From the human T2T-CHM13v2.0 reference genome, Homo sapiens, in assembly GCF_009914755.1 (NCBI RefSeq), contig NC_060925.1: a stretch of DNA of 64,000 nt; one strand, given 5' to 3'. The translations under genes were made by a program, and so were the position numbers. The notes below the pieces were generated by a model. That model had not been told where the DNA came from and did no database searches. It was given only the letters and a program-made list of their open reading frames with translations. Position 1 is the stretch's first letter. Each line of letters opens with the position of its first letter. Positions 51,201 through 63,661 of the stretch are shown piece after piece.

Positions 51201-53538
51201 CATGACATCAGTGTCCTCCCCTGGACATCAGTGTACTTTCATGGATGTCAGTGTCCTCATCTGGATGTCAGCGTCCTCCCTGGAGGTCAGTGTCCTCCCA
51301 TGGATGTTAATGTTCTCCATATGATGTCAGTGTCCTCCATATGATGTCAGTGTCCTCCATATGACATCAATATCCTCCATATGATATCAATATTCTCCAT
51401 ATGACGTCAGTGTCCTCCATATGACATCAATATCCTCCATATGATGTCAATATCTTCCGTATGATGTCAATATCCTCTGTATGATGTCAATATCCTCCAT
51501 ATGATGTCAATATCCTCTGTATGATGTCAGTGTCCTCCATATGATGTCAATCGCCTCCATATGATGTCAATATCCTCCGTATGATGTCAGTGTCCTCCGT
51601 ATGATGTCAATGTCCTCCGTATGACGTCAGTGTCCTCCATATGACATCAATATCCTCCATATGACATCAATATCCTCCATATGATGTCAGTGTGCTCCAT
51701 ATGACATCAATATCCTCCATATGATGTCAATATCCTGCGTATGATGTCAATATCCTCTGTATGATGTCAATATCCTCCATATGATGTCAATATCCTCTGT
51801 ATGATGTCAGTGTCCTCCATATGATGTCAATCGCCTCCATATGATGCCAATATCCTCCGTATGATGTCAATGCCCTCCGTATGATGTCAATGTCCTCCGT
51901 ATGATGTCAGTGTCCTCCAGATGATGTCAATATCCTCCATATGATGTCTATGTCCTCGTATGATGTCAGTGTCCTCCGTATGATGTTAATGTCCTCCGTA
52001 TGATGTCGGTGTCCTCCGTATGATGTCAGTGTCCTCCGTATGATGTCAATGTCCTCCGTATGATGTCAGTGTCCTCCATGTGATGTCAATGTCCTCGTAT
52101 GATATCAGTGTCCTCCATATGATATCAGTGTCCTCCGTATGATATCAGTGTCCTCCGTATGATGTCAATATCTTCCGTATGATGTCAATATCTTCCGTAT
52201 GATGTCAATATCCTCCATATGATTTCAGTGTCCTCCATATGATGTCAATGTCCTCCGTATGATGCCAATGTCCTCCGTAAGATGTCAATATCCTCTATAT
52301 GATGTCAATGCCCTCGTATGACGTCAGTGTCCTCCGTATGACGTCAATATCCTCCGTATGATGTCGATGTCCTCCGTATGACGTTGGTGTCCTCCGTATG
52401 ATGTCGGTGTCCTCTGTATGATGTCAGTGTCCTCCGTATGATGTCGATGTCCTCTGCATGATGTCAATGTCCTCATATGATGTCAGTGTCCTCCGTATGA
52501 TATCAGTGTCCTCCGTATGATGTCAATATCCTCCATATGATGTCAATATTCTCCATCGGATGTCAATATCCTCCGTAGGATGTCAATATCCTCCATATGA
52601 TTTTGGTGTCCTCCATATGACATCAATAGCCTCCAAATGATGTCAGTATCCTCCGTATGATGTCGGTGTCCTCCATATGATGTCAATGTCCTCCATATGA
52701 TGTTAGTGTCCTCTGTATGATGTCAGTGTCCTCCGTATGATGTCAGTGTCCTCTGTATCATGTCAATGTCCTCATATGATGTCAGTGTCCTCCGTATGAT
52801 ATCAGTGTCCTCCGTATGATGTCAATATCCTCCATAGGATGTCAATATTATCCATAGGATGTCAATATACTCCGTATGATGTCAATATCCTCCATATGAT
52901 TTCAGTGTCCTCCATATGACATCAATAGCCTCCAAATGATGTCAGTATCCTCCGTATGATGTCAGTGTCCTCCATATGATGTCAATGTCCTCCATATGAT
53001 GTCGGTGTCCTCCATATGATGTCGGTGTCCTCCGTATGATGTCAGTGTCCTCTGTATGATGTCAGTGTCCTCCGTATAATGTCAATATCCTCCATATGAT
53101 GTCAATATCCTCCATATGATGTCAATATCCTCTGTATGATGTCAGTGTCCTCCGTATGATGTCAATATCCTCCATATGATGTCAACATCATCCATATGAT
53201 TTCAGTGTCCTCCGTATGATGTCAATGTCCTCCATAAGATATCAATATCCTCTGTATTGATATTGATATTGATATTTGGAGGATATCAATATCCTCCAAA
53301 TGATGTCAGTGTCCTCCATATGATGTCAATGTCCTCCATATGATGTCAATATCCTCCGTATGATGTCAATATCCTCCATATGATGTCAGTGTCCTCTGTA
53401 TGACATCAATATCCTCCATACGATGCCCCTGTCCTTCATATGATGTCAGTGTCCTTTTGTGAGCACCAGTGTCCTTTGTATGACATCAGTAGTCTCCCAT
53501 GAATGTCACTGTCTTCCCATAGATGTCAGTGTCCTCTC
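51201..53538. repeat. 20-bp minisatellite (VNTR), roughly 115 units, consensus ATGATGTCARTRTCCTCCRT
   Basis: Direct reading; occasional 19-bp units; degenerate units at both ends. Confidence 0.97.
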
Positions 53539-56475
53539 CAAAAGACAAGCAGAAGCTGTTCATGGAATGATGTGGGGGAACCTTCCAGAAAGAGGCAACA
53601 TCATGTGCTAAGGTCCCAGGTCAGAGGATGCTGCACTTGTCAAGATCACAGGATGGTCAGTGGAAGTGAGACCTGGAAAGCCAGTGTGGCCAGAAGTAGG
53701 AAATGAGGTTGAGCAAGGAGGAAAGACCTCATGGTTGCCAGCAAGGAGGGTGGACACCGTGCCCAGATGGGGTAGGAATGGGTGCTAACTGTGGTTGAAG
53801 GTGAAGAGGAGAAAGGCAGCTGGGAGGGGATGATGAAGACACCAGGATAAAAGTTTGCTGCAGACCCCAAAGAAAGAAATCTCTGGAAAGGCAATTAGGA
53901 ATTGCACGACTTCTCGGTAAACTGGTGATGATCCCTCCTTTACAAAGCAATCACTGATAAAATTAAGGTCTAAAGGAAAGAAAGGGCAAGAGAGAGATGG
54001 AATACAAATTGGGTTTTAGGAGGAGAAACTTTGCAATTCTGGTGTGTGAGAGGCCCAGTGCAGCCTGGGATTTGGCTAGGAAGTGGCTGTAGATCACATT
54101 AGTAGAATATTTATGACTCTGTCCTGTCTCTCTCCCATCCCATACTAAATTCCTCACATTTATCTCTACCTCATGCTCCGAGACGGACTTTCATTACCTC
54201 CGTGCAGGTAATGTGTAGCAACCCAGCACTTTAATATTAGCTAATCTGCAGTGCAGGTAACAAGCCAGCCGGCTACCTGGCATCTCTCTGCCGATGTTTG
54301 ACATGGAGAGAATTGCTTAGATATGACCAGGCTGTCCCCAGCCTTAAGTACCCAAAGCCAGGAGAAAGGGGGCCAGTGGGGAAACAGGTAGACGCTGCCC
54401 AAGCAGAGGATGCTGTTTTCTGCCCAGCGGGTACTGTGCCCTGGGAGACACATTACATGTCCACATAGCAGAAATCCCCACACTTGACCCTCAGAGTTCA
54501 CTCCCGGTCCTCGCGTTTCTTTTAAGTAGACTTGAGAGAGCCATGCCCCACCTCACTCTGCACAGAGGCCTTGCAGTCCTCCCTTCTGTACAATTTCTTT
54601 CTTGGGGAGGACTGGAGGGGCCCCAGGGTCTGATTGAAAAGATTCTCATATCACTCTCGATATCACTCTCCTACTGGTGCCTAGAATTCCACCATCAGCC
54701 CTCTGGCTTTCAGACAGGTGTTCTCTCTCAACCATAAGAACTCCTTGAAGGGGTTATCTGTGAAGACCCCAGTGCTTTCGGGTGAGTGATTTTATCCACT
54801 CAGAAGAGGGCAGCAGGAGAAGACGGCCTTGGAAAGTGGCACCTGAAAGTCGTCTTTATCAAATTGACCATTCTTCCAAGGGCAAATCCATGGATAATCA
54901 TAAGAAGTTAGATCCCAAACAGACTTGCATGGGCTCTCACTGTCAGCACCATTGCATGGTCCCCAGCCCCCACAGTGCCCGGTCCATGTAGACCACACAG
55001 GGTTAGGATATACCCCTTTCACAGGTGATGGAACTAGAAAGTGATGCAGCCTGGATTCAGGCTTGGGTGGGTCTGGCTCCAAAGCTCATGTCATCGTCAA
55101 CTCCAGCATGAGCATTTCCCTGGGGAGTCCATCATGGCTCCCAACAGCAACAGGTGCATGCAGCTTGATTCCAAGGACTCATGCCCCTGTCTTCTGGTCT
55201 TCAGGGTAGCTCTGCTACCTCCAAGACATGCTCCACAGCCCCTGCTCTGAGTGATTTCTGCACCCCGCAGCCCGCCCCACCCCTGGCCTTATCCTTCATC
55301 AGCATCCCTTGAGCACCATATTTATTGACCAGGCAGGTATAATACATGCACCTGTTTATGCTCAGTCATGGGACAGTACTAGGGACATAATCTGAAGGAG
55401 ACATGGACCACACCATTGAGGAGTCCATGGTACGATCCCGGCAGTGCTCTGTGTTGGGCTCCCAACCTGCTGCCTTACAAAAGAGGAGAAGACTCCAGGA
55501 AACGGGGGCAGAATAAATATGGAAGCAACCACAAAACCTGCTAACGTGCAGCCTCACCCCTGCAAGGTAGACTGATGACTTACATCTGAAGCATTGAGCG
55601 GCCACCTTCACTTACTGCATGTCTCTTATGTCCCGGCTACCAAGCAAGACACCTTCCAAATACCCATTGACTTCTTCCAACAATCCTTGACATAGGAATG
55701 ATTTGCCCCAATTGCCGTAAGAGTGGTCAGAGCATCCCAGTGATTAAATGACTTGCCCAAGATCCCTGAGCGTGAGCCTGAGCCAGAGGTAACCTTTTCA
55801 CCCGGCTCCAAAGTAACTCACCCGAGTTCAGTCAGCTTAAATGTGGATGAGCAAAGACCTCTCTGGATGTTTGAACTTTGCCTCCTGCTGCCTTTCTACC
55901 CTGCACCACAGGCGACTGCCCCCTGGACACTCACACAGTAGCCCCTCCCCAAGAGGTCACCAAGCTCAATCTGCCCCAAGCACCCAGACCTGTCTCTGCC
56001 CTGGAACCCCTTCCCCATCTCATGGTGGCCCAATTGCTTCATGTGTTGTGTTCTTACTCCTCCTGCACAGGAAACGAAGACTCAGCTGAGCTTTAATTTG
56101 TGACTGGACCTGTTTCAGCAACATGTTGCCAAGTCAGATGTTTAATTTACTTCATTTATCCTAAATTCCATGTCTCTATCTCAGAGCCTAAAAGTCTTCA
56201 GCTTGGACAATTGACATATCCAAATGAACTGTTTGGACAGAGCCTTCCATCTGACCAAGTGGCCAAAACACTCGGCAAATGGAAAATGCAAACATACGGC
56301 AGATGGAGAAGGGGAGATGTGCAGCCACAGCACAGACCTATGACAAGCGGAGCACTTGCAGGAGCACAGGAAGCTTACTGCCTTTGTTCCTAGTGGAGGG
56401 CTTTTTGGACAGAGTAAAAACTGTCTCTGAGGATTTGGGTTCAAGTTAACTCCAGAACAAGATAGTAATCCTCAT

Positions 56476-56918
56476 TGTAAGAGTTAAAGAAAGACGAAAG
56501 AAACACGAAAAGTGGCTTTAACAGTTAAAGACAGGTATATGTTGGAGAATAAACCTAAGAGGGGCTTCTGGCCAATTTCAGTTAGGAACATTTTCTCTTA
56601 CAGACTAAGGATATTTAAGGGTTTAGGAATGAGGGACTTTATTGTAGGTTCAGAATGTTTTTATGTAAGGGAAAGTTAATTGTGGGGTTGGAATGTCTCT
56701 GGTCAGAGGGGAGGCTATTTTGGGGTTGGCATGTTTCTGTTTGGAGGGGGTTTATTTTAGGGTTGGAATGTTTCTGATTATGCTGACATTAGCCATTAGG
56801 CTGATGTTTTGGGTCTGGACTTAGGCAGGTTTTTTTTGTTTTTTTTTTTTTTTTGAATCATCAAGGAAAATTTAAAATGGTGGTGTTTGTCCAAAACGGC
56901 GATGCTCCTGCTCTGTCA
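56476..56918 (-). mobile_element. Solo ERV1 LTR (LTR19A-like)
   Basis: TGTAAGAGTTAAAGAAAG...GCGATGCTCCTGCTCTGTCA (reverse complement starts TGACAGAGCAGGAGCATCGCC); perfect TSD CTCAT (56471-75, 56919-23). Confidence 0.85.
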
Positions 56919-57453
56919 CTCATGAATGTTAAATCGTAGTATTTGTTTTTATGTAGACATTATAATTATTGTTGTTGTTATTAAGCACAACAGCATTAGT
57001 AGTATCCATAGCAAAAAAAAAAAAAAAAAAAGACCCTGAGCTTTTGGTTGAAGGAAATACTGATTCCACCAAAATCTAAGTGGGAAATCTTGCATGCTGT
57101 AGAATCAGACCCACATGTGCACCAGCAGGGTCTCCCGCTGGCTGCTGATTTCTGTGGGTCCCTGAGAAACTGAGGGAGGAGCAGTAATGAATGGGTCTGA
57201 AGAATGACTTCAGAATATAGATGTTGTGTTTCAGGGGAGGGTGCTTCCTTCAGAGCCTCATGCATGTTATCAGAGCTCTGTTCAGAATGCAGAGTCATCT
57301 CTTAGCCAGGGTGACTTCACCAAGACCAGGTGAAGTTTGTCTACAGGCTGGTGGAAGGAACCCCAAGAAAAACAGATCTCAGAGAGTGCTAGGCAGATGG
57401 CTTTTGGGGACTATTAAGTCAGAGTCCTTCAGAAAAACAAAATCAACAAGGTG

Positions 57454-57472
57454 GATAGATAGATAGATAGAT

Positions 57473-57518
<46 letters not shown>

Positions 57519-57525
57519 GATAGAT
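57454..57525. repeat. Compound GATA STR: (GATA)4 GAT (GATA)11 GA GATA GAT
   Basis: Direct reading. Confidence 0.95.
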
Positions 57526-57938
57526 CTGATATGTATATAAAATAAGTGTCTCTCAGAGAGCTACCTGCCATCTCTTATCTACCAATCTATCTATCTATTC
57601 CCTCTCCAGGCACAAGAGACACAAATGTGACCAATCTCCATTTTACGTTCTGTGTCACTTGGCTCAGTGTAGGAAGACAGCCAGCATACTTGACTGGCAA
57701 TTCTACAACCAGCAACAATTTTCTCTTGTCCAGCAGCTGAATGCAATCCCCATCACACTCAAGGAATCTATTAAGATGGTTCCTTCCCACCTACTGTGTT
57801 TTTCAACAGCATGATTTATTAATCTAGATGATAAAGAATGCAGGGCTATTTCAATTCAGCCATCATCACCTTCAAGAGCAAAGTCTCAGCCTTACCCTCA
57901 GACATTCCTGGTAGATCACCGCGTGGGAAATCTTTGGG

Positions 57939-58261
57939 TTTCTGTTTTGTTTTGCTTTTTGCTTTTGCTTTCTTTTTAGAGATGGTCTTGCTCTGTCACC
58001 GAGGCTGGGGATCAGTGGCGAGAGTATAGCTCACTGCAGCTTGGAACTCCTGGGCTCAAGCGATCTTCCCACCTCAGCCTCCTGAGTAGCTAGGACTGTG
58101 GGTGCATGCCACCATGCCGAGCTAATTTTCATGCTTTTTGTGGTAGACACTAGGTCTCACTGTGTTGCCCAGGCTGGTCTTGAATTCCTGGCCTCAAGCT
58201 AGCTTCCCACATTGGCCTCCCAAAGTGCTGGGATTATAGGCATAAGCCACTACACCTGGCC
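57939..58261 (-). mobile_element. AluJ-like SINE
   Basis: ATAGCTCACTGCAGCTTGGAACTCCTGGGCTCAAGCGATCTTCCCACC diagnostic of AluJ; TSD-like AATCTTTG. Confidence 0.92.
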
Positions 58262-59870
58262 TGAATCTTTGTGCTTTAAGAAACTTAGGTTTTGGTGGTA
58301 CATCAATTGTTCTTGATATTCAGCAACTGTTAATTTATAAATTATCAGACAAAAAAAAAGTCTTTGTTCTTAGCATCTTAAGTACCGGCATGGTCAAAGT
58401 TGTAGCTAATTAGGAATTTGAGGGAAATTTTTTGGATTTCTTGGCTGGCACCAAAGAGGTCTCTGTGGCTCAGAGCTTCGCTTGGTTTACAAGTTGTACT
58501 TCTGTGTACTTGGTGTTAAATAGCAATTGATGTGGCTCATTCAGTGGAAGAATTATCTTGTTGCAGCTTACTGCTCACTCTTTAACCTGCCAATCATTTT
58601 TCTTGGAGACAGCTCTGTTTTTTAATTACCACAAGTGTCCCATGAAAGGATGGATTTCTTGCTTTAGTGTGAGCCCCTGGCAAGGCGTATCCACTGGCTC
58701 AGTGAGATCACCAATCATTGTTGCCAAGCATGGACTTGTGCGTGTTTCTGGAGGCTGGTCAGCCTGGCAGCCTCTGAGAACTCTCAGTGCAGAGCCGGAT
58801 CTCGGCTCAAGGAAGTCCCTCCCAGAGCCATGAAGGGAGGCATGACAGATGGTAGAAAACCACAGAGGCCCCGTTCCCCTCAAGGCCGGCTCACAGATGG
58901 GTTCTGACAGATGAACCCCCAGCATGGGAATATCACAAGGCCGGTGCACACTAATGCACGTGGACTTCAGCGAAATCTCTGTCACCCTCTTCCCCTCTTG
59001 CATGTAGGTTTGTGGAGCTAGAGAGTGCTTAAAGATATTTAAAATGGTGGTCAGGTAACAAAAGTGAATTCTGAACCAACATCGTTTCCATCCTGGCTTC
59101 TCCCTCTCAACATACATTTAAGGTCACTTTTGATCAAACAAAACTCATTAAGATGTGGTCTCTGCCCTTCCTGGGTCCTATGCACACTCACTTTGATCTC
59201 CGGGAACCATTTACAGTGGTAATTTTGAACTACATGAAGTTTGAAAAAATGCTAAATGTTTAAGAATAGATTAAACAAGATACAGATAGATAAAAACATG
59301 CCTCCCTCCTACCCTCCTCTGCCAATTCCCACCTTCATGGCATGCTAAGCAAACAATGTCCAGTTCTGGTAAAGTCACTGAGGTTGCTGGACTTGGATGA
59401 TGATATGTATTGAACTCGAGTCTCGTCTCCAGGTTCCGGCCTTGTGTTTCCTTCACCCAGCCGGGCTGCTTCTCAAAGGTAAGCCAGAGACAAGGGAATG
59501 TCAGAGATCTGACACTTATAAACTGCAGGCTTGGGCCAGGCCTCCTTGCTTTGTTCTGTGAAATAGACTGTCAAGTTGAAGATGGTTATCACCGGCCACC
59601 ACAGGGACCCGGGCATCAATTCTTGCAAAGGCAGCCCACTGGGAAATAGTTCCAGCTTATTCTTTATGCATGATGGGGCTGGAAGGGTCATATTAGACAT
59701 CATAGGCATAGGTCTGTGACAAACAACTTTTCCAAGATCTATGGGAAATGGAGCCATGGAAGTTAATTTTGAACAACGAAGAACCACAAGGTCAAAATTT
59801 TGGGCCGTGGAGGAACTGAACAAGCAAGGACTCTGAAGTCAGAGTCCTAAGAATGTCAGCAGCAGGTAAG

Positions 59871-60512
59871 TGCATGTGTGAGCCTATGTGTGTGCATGGG
59901 AGTGAGGGCTTGTGTGCATGCATGTATGTGTGCATGCTGCTGGTGTGCACACACATTTATTTATGCTTGTGCTATGTGTATGTGTACATGTACCTGTGTG
60001 TGTGTAGAGGTATGTGTGCATGTGTATGTGCATGCATGTGTATGTGCATACATATTTGTGCATGTGTGTGCTATGTGTGTGCACATGTACTTGTGTGTGT
60101 AGAGGTGTGTGCACATACATATTTGTACATGTGTGTGCTGTGTGTGTGCACATGTACTTGTGTGTAGAGGCATATGCGCGTGTGTGTGCATACATATTTG
60201 TATGTGTGTGGTATGTGTGTGCACATGTACTTGTGTGTAGAGGTGTGTGTGCATGTGTGTGCATACATATTTGTACGTGTGTGCACATGTACTTGTGTGT
60301 AGAGGCATGTGTGCATGTGTGTGCGTATACATATTTGTATGTGTGTGCTATGTGTGTGCACATGTACTTGTGTGTGTGTAGAGGCATGTGTGCATGTGTG
60401 TGCATACGTATTTGTACATGTGTGTGCTGTGTGTGTGCACATGTACTTGTGTGTGTGTGTAGAGGTGTGTGTGCATGCATGTGTGTGCTATGTGTATGTG
60501 CATGTGCACATG
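59871..60512. repeat. TG-rich compound repeat with a 60-95-bp higher-order unit
   Basis: Recurring GCACATGTACTTGTGTGT-AGAGG and CATACATATTTGTA blocks; AGAGG anchors at about 60006, 60101, 60166, 60239, 60301, 60380, 60461. Confidence 0.92.
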
Positions 60513-63500
60513 GTAGAGTGCCTGGGTGTAACTTCTCAGAGCTAAGGGTGAGTGTCTGCAGTGATTTCAGTTATGCGTTGCAGATGGAGAATGTGTGTGG
60601 CACACTTTGGGGTACATCCTTTGCTAATATGGAAACCGCTCTCCCAGGGGACAAGTAAGCTAGGATCAGTCTCCCTGAACTCATCTGCCATTGGGAGGGT
60701 GGGGTGTGATGGCTCTTAACTTTGAAACAAGTCATACTTTGAAGCTCATGACTCCTACCATCATGTAGGTGGCTCTGAGGCTCTTGGGTAGATCTTCTGC
60801 TCAGTTCGGAACAGAAGACTGATCCTAGACTCAGTCTTCATTTCCAATTTCAACAGGGGAAACCCGGGGAGTGTAATCTCACGGTAGCTTTTATGAAGCA
60901 CTCAAATCTTGCAGGAGCTTCTTGGCCCTTTTTGTGCCTAGAAAATGGCTCCAACAATATGGGCTAAGTTAGATTAGCCCATGATTAGCTCCATGGAATC
61001 ATTAGCTGCATGAAATGGAATCAAAGGAGAGGCTAGGTCAGAATGGAGCAAAGGTGTGGACCTCAGCCACACAGCCAGCCGAGGAAGTTTTTATCACTTC
61101 TAGATTGGTAACCTTGTCATCAGTTGAAAGAAAATCGGTGTTTTTCCCTCTTGTGAGACAAGAAAAACATGTTGATTTCAGTGAGAAATTAATTTAGCCA
61201 AGTGATGAGAACTCGGCCAGCCAGGGTAAGATCAGATTTTTATTATGTACCCTGGTTCAATTTCAGAAAAGCAAATTCAAGTCCTCAAGAAAAGGTCTGT
61301 AACTTTCTCACTTTCTCGCCAGATTGGACCCCTGGTTCCTTCCGTGTGTGCGGTATGATTGACACCTTCACTGCTGGCTGCTGTAGTTTCGACCGGCTTT
61401 TAAATTATGTGATCACTAACCAGAATCATGACCGCTATGTTTTGCTTTTCTCTTGTAGCTTTTCATTATTCCCCAGATGGCCAAATGGATTAAGTTCTAA
61501 AAGGTTTTAAAAAGGAAAGAAGAAGAGTTTGTTTTCTGGCCAAGACCAACAGCAAATAATTTTGGCCTCAAAGCTATTCTCAGAGTGAGTTATTATGGAT
61601 CAAAAAGAAACTTATAAAAGAAACTGCTTTTCCACTATTACTATAAAGTTAACTACTGGGAATGCAATTGTACTTATATATGGAGATGCAGGGCTTTTTT
61701 TTTGTTTTAGAAATTGCCCATAACTCTCTTGCGTGCAGTCTGGTTGAAATTGGATTGTGTGAGTCTATTTGCCCACAAGCAAGGCAAGGCCCAAGGATAG
61801 TGTGGGGACACCCCAGCGACAAGGACCAATGGCAGGATTCCTAAATCACAGCCACGGCAGTTGTCTGAATCCACTAAAAGTATTTGCTTAACTGTTGCCC
61901 TCGGAGCTGTAATTAAAGAGAAAAATATAATAAGCAAACTATAATACACACAATGCTACATCTGCTCTGCTGTTTAACCGATGCGTTACCAGAATCACCT
62001 CCTTAATTAAAGACATAAATCCATCATGTGATCTGCATAAACGCTGCCGTTTACAGGACTGTGAATTTTCCTCCTCTGAGAGCCATAGTCTGGGTGGGAT
62101 GGAAATGATGAATTGGGACAACACAATGCAGTTGTGACAAAGAAGAGATAAGTAAGAAGAAGTGTGGATTTTGGTAGCTGTTGGGCAACGAACAAGCGGC
62201 CTCTTTTTCTTGACATAATCTCCTTCCTTTCATTTCAAAATCTCTTTATCAGAGTGTGAATTCCTGGGACATCGTGTGGGATGTCAGCGTCCCCATCATA
62301 AAATGCTGGGGGAACCTGAGTTCTGCTCCCCGATCACTGAACATCCCACAGGCGATGCTTGAAGGAGCTGCTGGAGACAGGTGACTTCCAATCCCACCAC
62401 TGAATTTAGAGAGAGGAGAACAGGAGGATGCTAGAAAGCAAGGGGTGGCTTAGAAGGAATTGCTCCAAAAGGAGAAAGATCTGGACTGTTCTTGGCGGCA
62501 GCAGCTAATCATGAAAAGCCTCAGGGCATGCCACTCTGCTTCTTAGATCATTGCCCAAGGATTGAGACTGTCCCTCTTGATGTCTCTTTTCTTCAATGCA
62601 TAATCCCTTTTCTTCACATCACTGTCTATGTCTTAGAAGTTCTTATTTCCATTGAATGTTTCCAATCCTGTTAGAGGTTATCCCTTTGAGGCCCCTGAAC
62701 GTGGCCCTAAAAACTGGCTCTTTATTTCAGAGACCCACTGGACACTGGGCCATGGCAAATGGGACTTTTACTTTCATTTGGGAGGAAAGTGAATGGGATG
62801 GACTAAGGGGCAACAAGAGGACAGGGCTGAGGACAGGCATCTGAGGGGAGCATTTTGGCTGGTTCTGGCAGCAGGAGCCTCAGGGGTTGGGTGCCAGTTT
62901 GGACCAAGGGACCAGACCAAAGCTTCCCTCCCTGCCGACAGAGGCTGCCACTTGCGCAGACTGACAGCCACATTCCCCATTCTGAGAGACTCAGATACCA
63001 CCTAGAAAAAGTCTTTAAGACACCAGGCCTCGCCTTGAGTCCTTCTTTTTCCAATGCAAGAGAAAGGTGGGATGATGTGCCTCCTTTGTGAGATGCTGTG
63101 CAACATCTCTGCCCAACACCCAACCCCAGACCTCTTGGTAAAAGGGGCCATACCCCAGTGGGTCTCTGAGATGTGCGTTACTGGGCTGGACATAGCTCAG
63201 AATTTAAGCAGAAAGCCTACAACCTCCCCCTTCCCCTCCAATTATCACTTGGCATGCAACCCTGTGACCACTCTCAAGCTGGGCCCTCTTCCTCATGGTT
63301 TCTTGAGTCCCCATCAGATGTGGCCTAGGAAGGAACCTCTTTCATGAGGAGGCAAAGTGGAACCTCCTTCCAGCTTCCCATTTCCATGGGAAGAGACACT
63401 AATTACTCTAGCCCCCTTGAGCTCCCTTTCCCTCCCCATAAGACTCCTGGCTGAGCTTGGCAACAGGGAAGGGCCCTGTAAATATAGCTTAGTTCTGTCC

Positions 63501-63661
63501 TCACCTTGTTCTTTCTGTGACCCTGCTCTTCCATGCCTGGAATGACCCAGGAAGAGGTGGGTGAGTTTCACCTGGTGGCAGAGAATTAGGAAGCTTATTT
63601 TTGCCACACACCTAAACCACACTCTCCAATATCTGCTTTTTCAGTTTAAAAAGTTTCATTT

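Noticed and set aside
51201-53538. Minisatellite as a CRISPR array or coding repeat
   Set aside because: Contiguous tandem units with no unique spacers, eukaryotic context, and no ORF of 60 aa or more inside the array in the ORF track
59853-60658. Cys/Val- and His/Thr-rich ORFs up to 214 aa (also 27581-28127)
   Set aside because: Artefacts of TG/CA repeats, which lack stop codons
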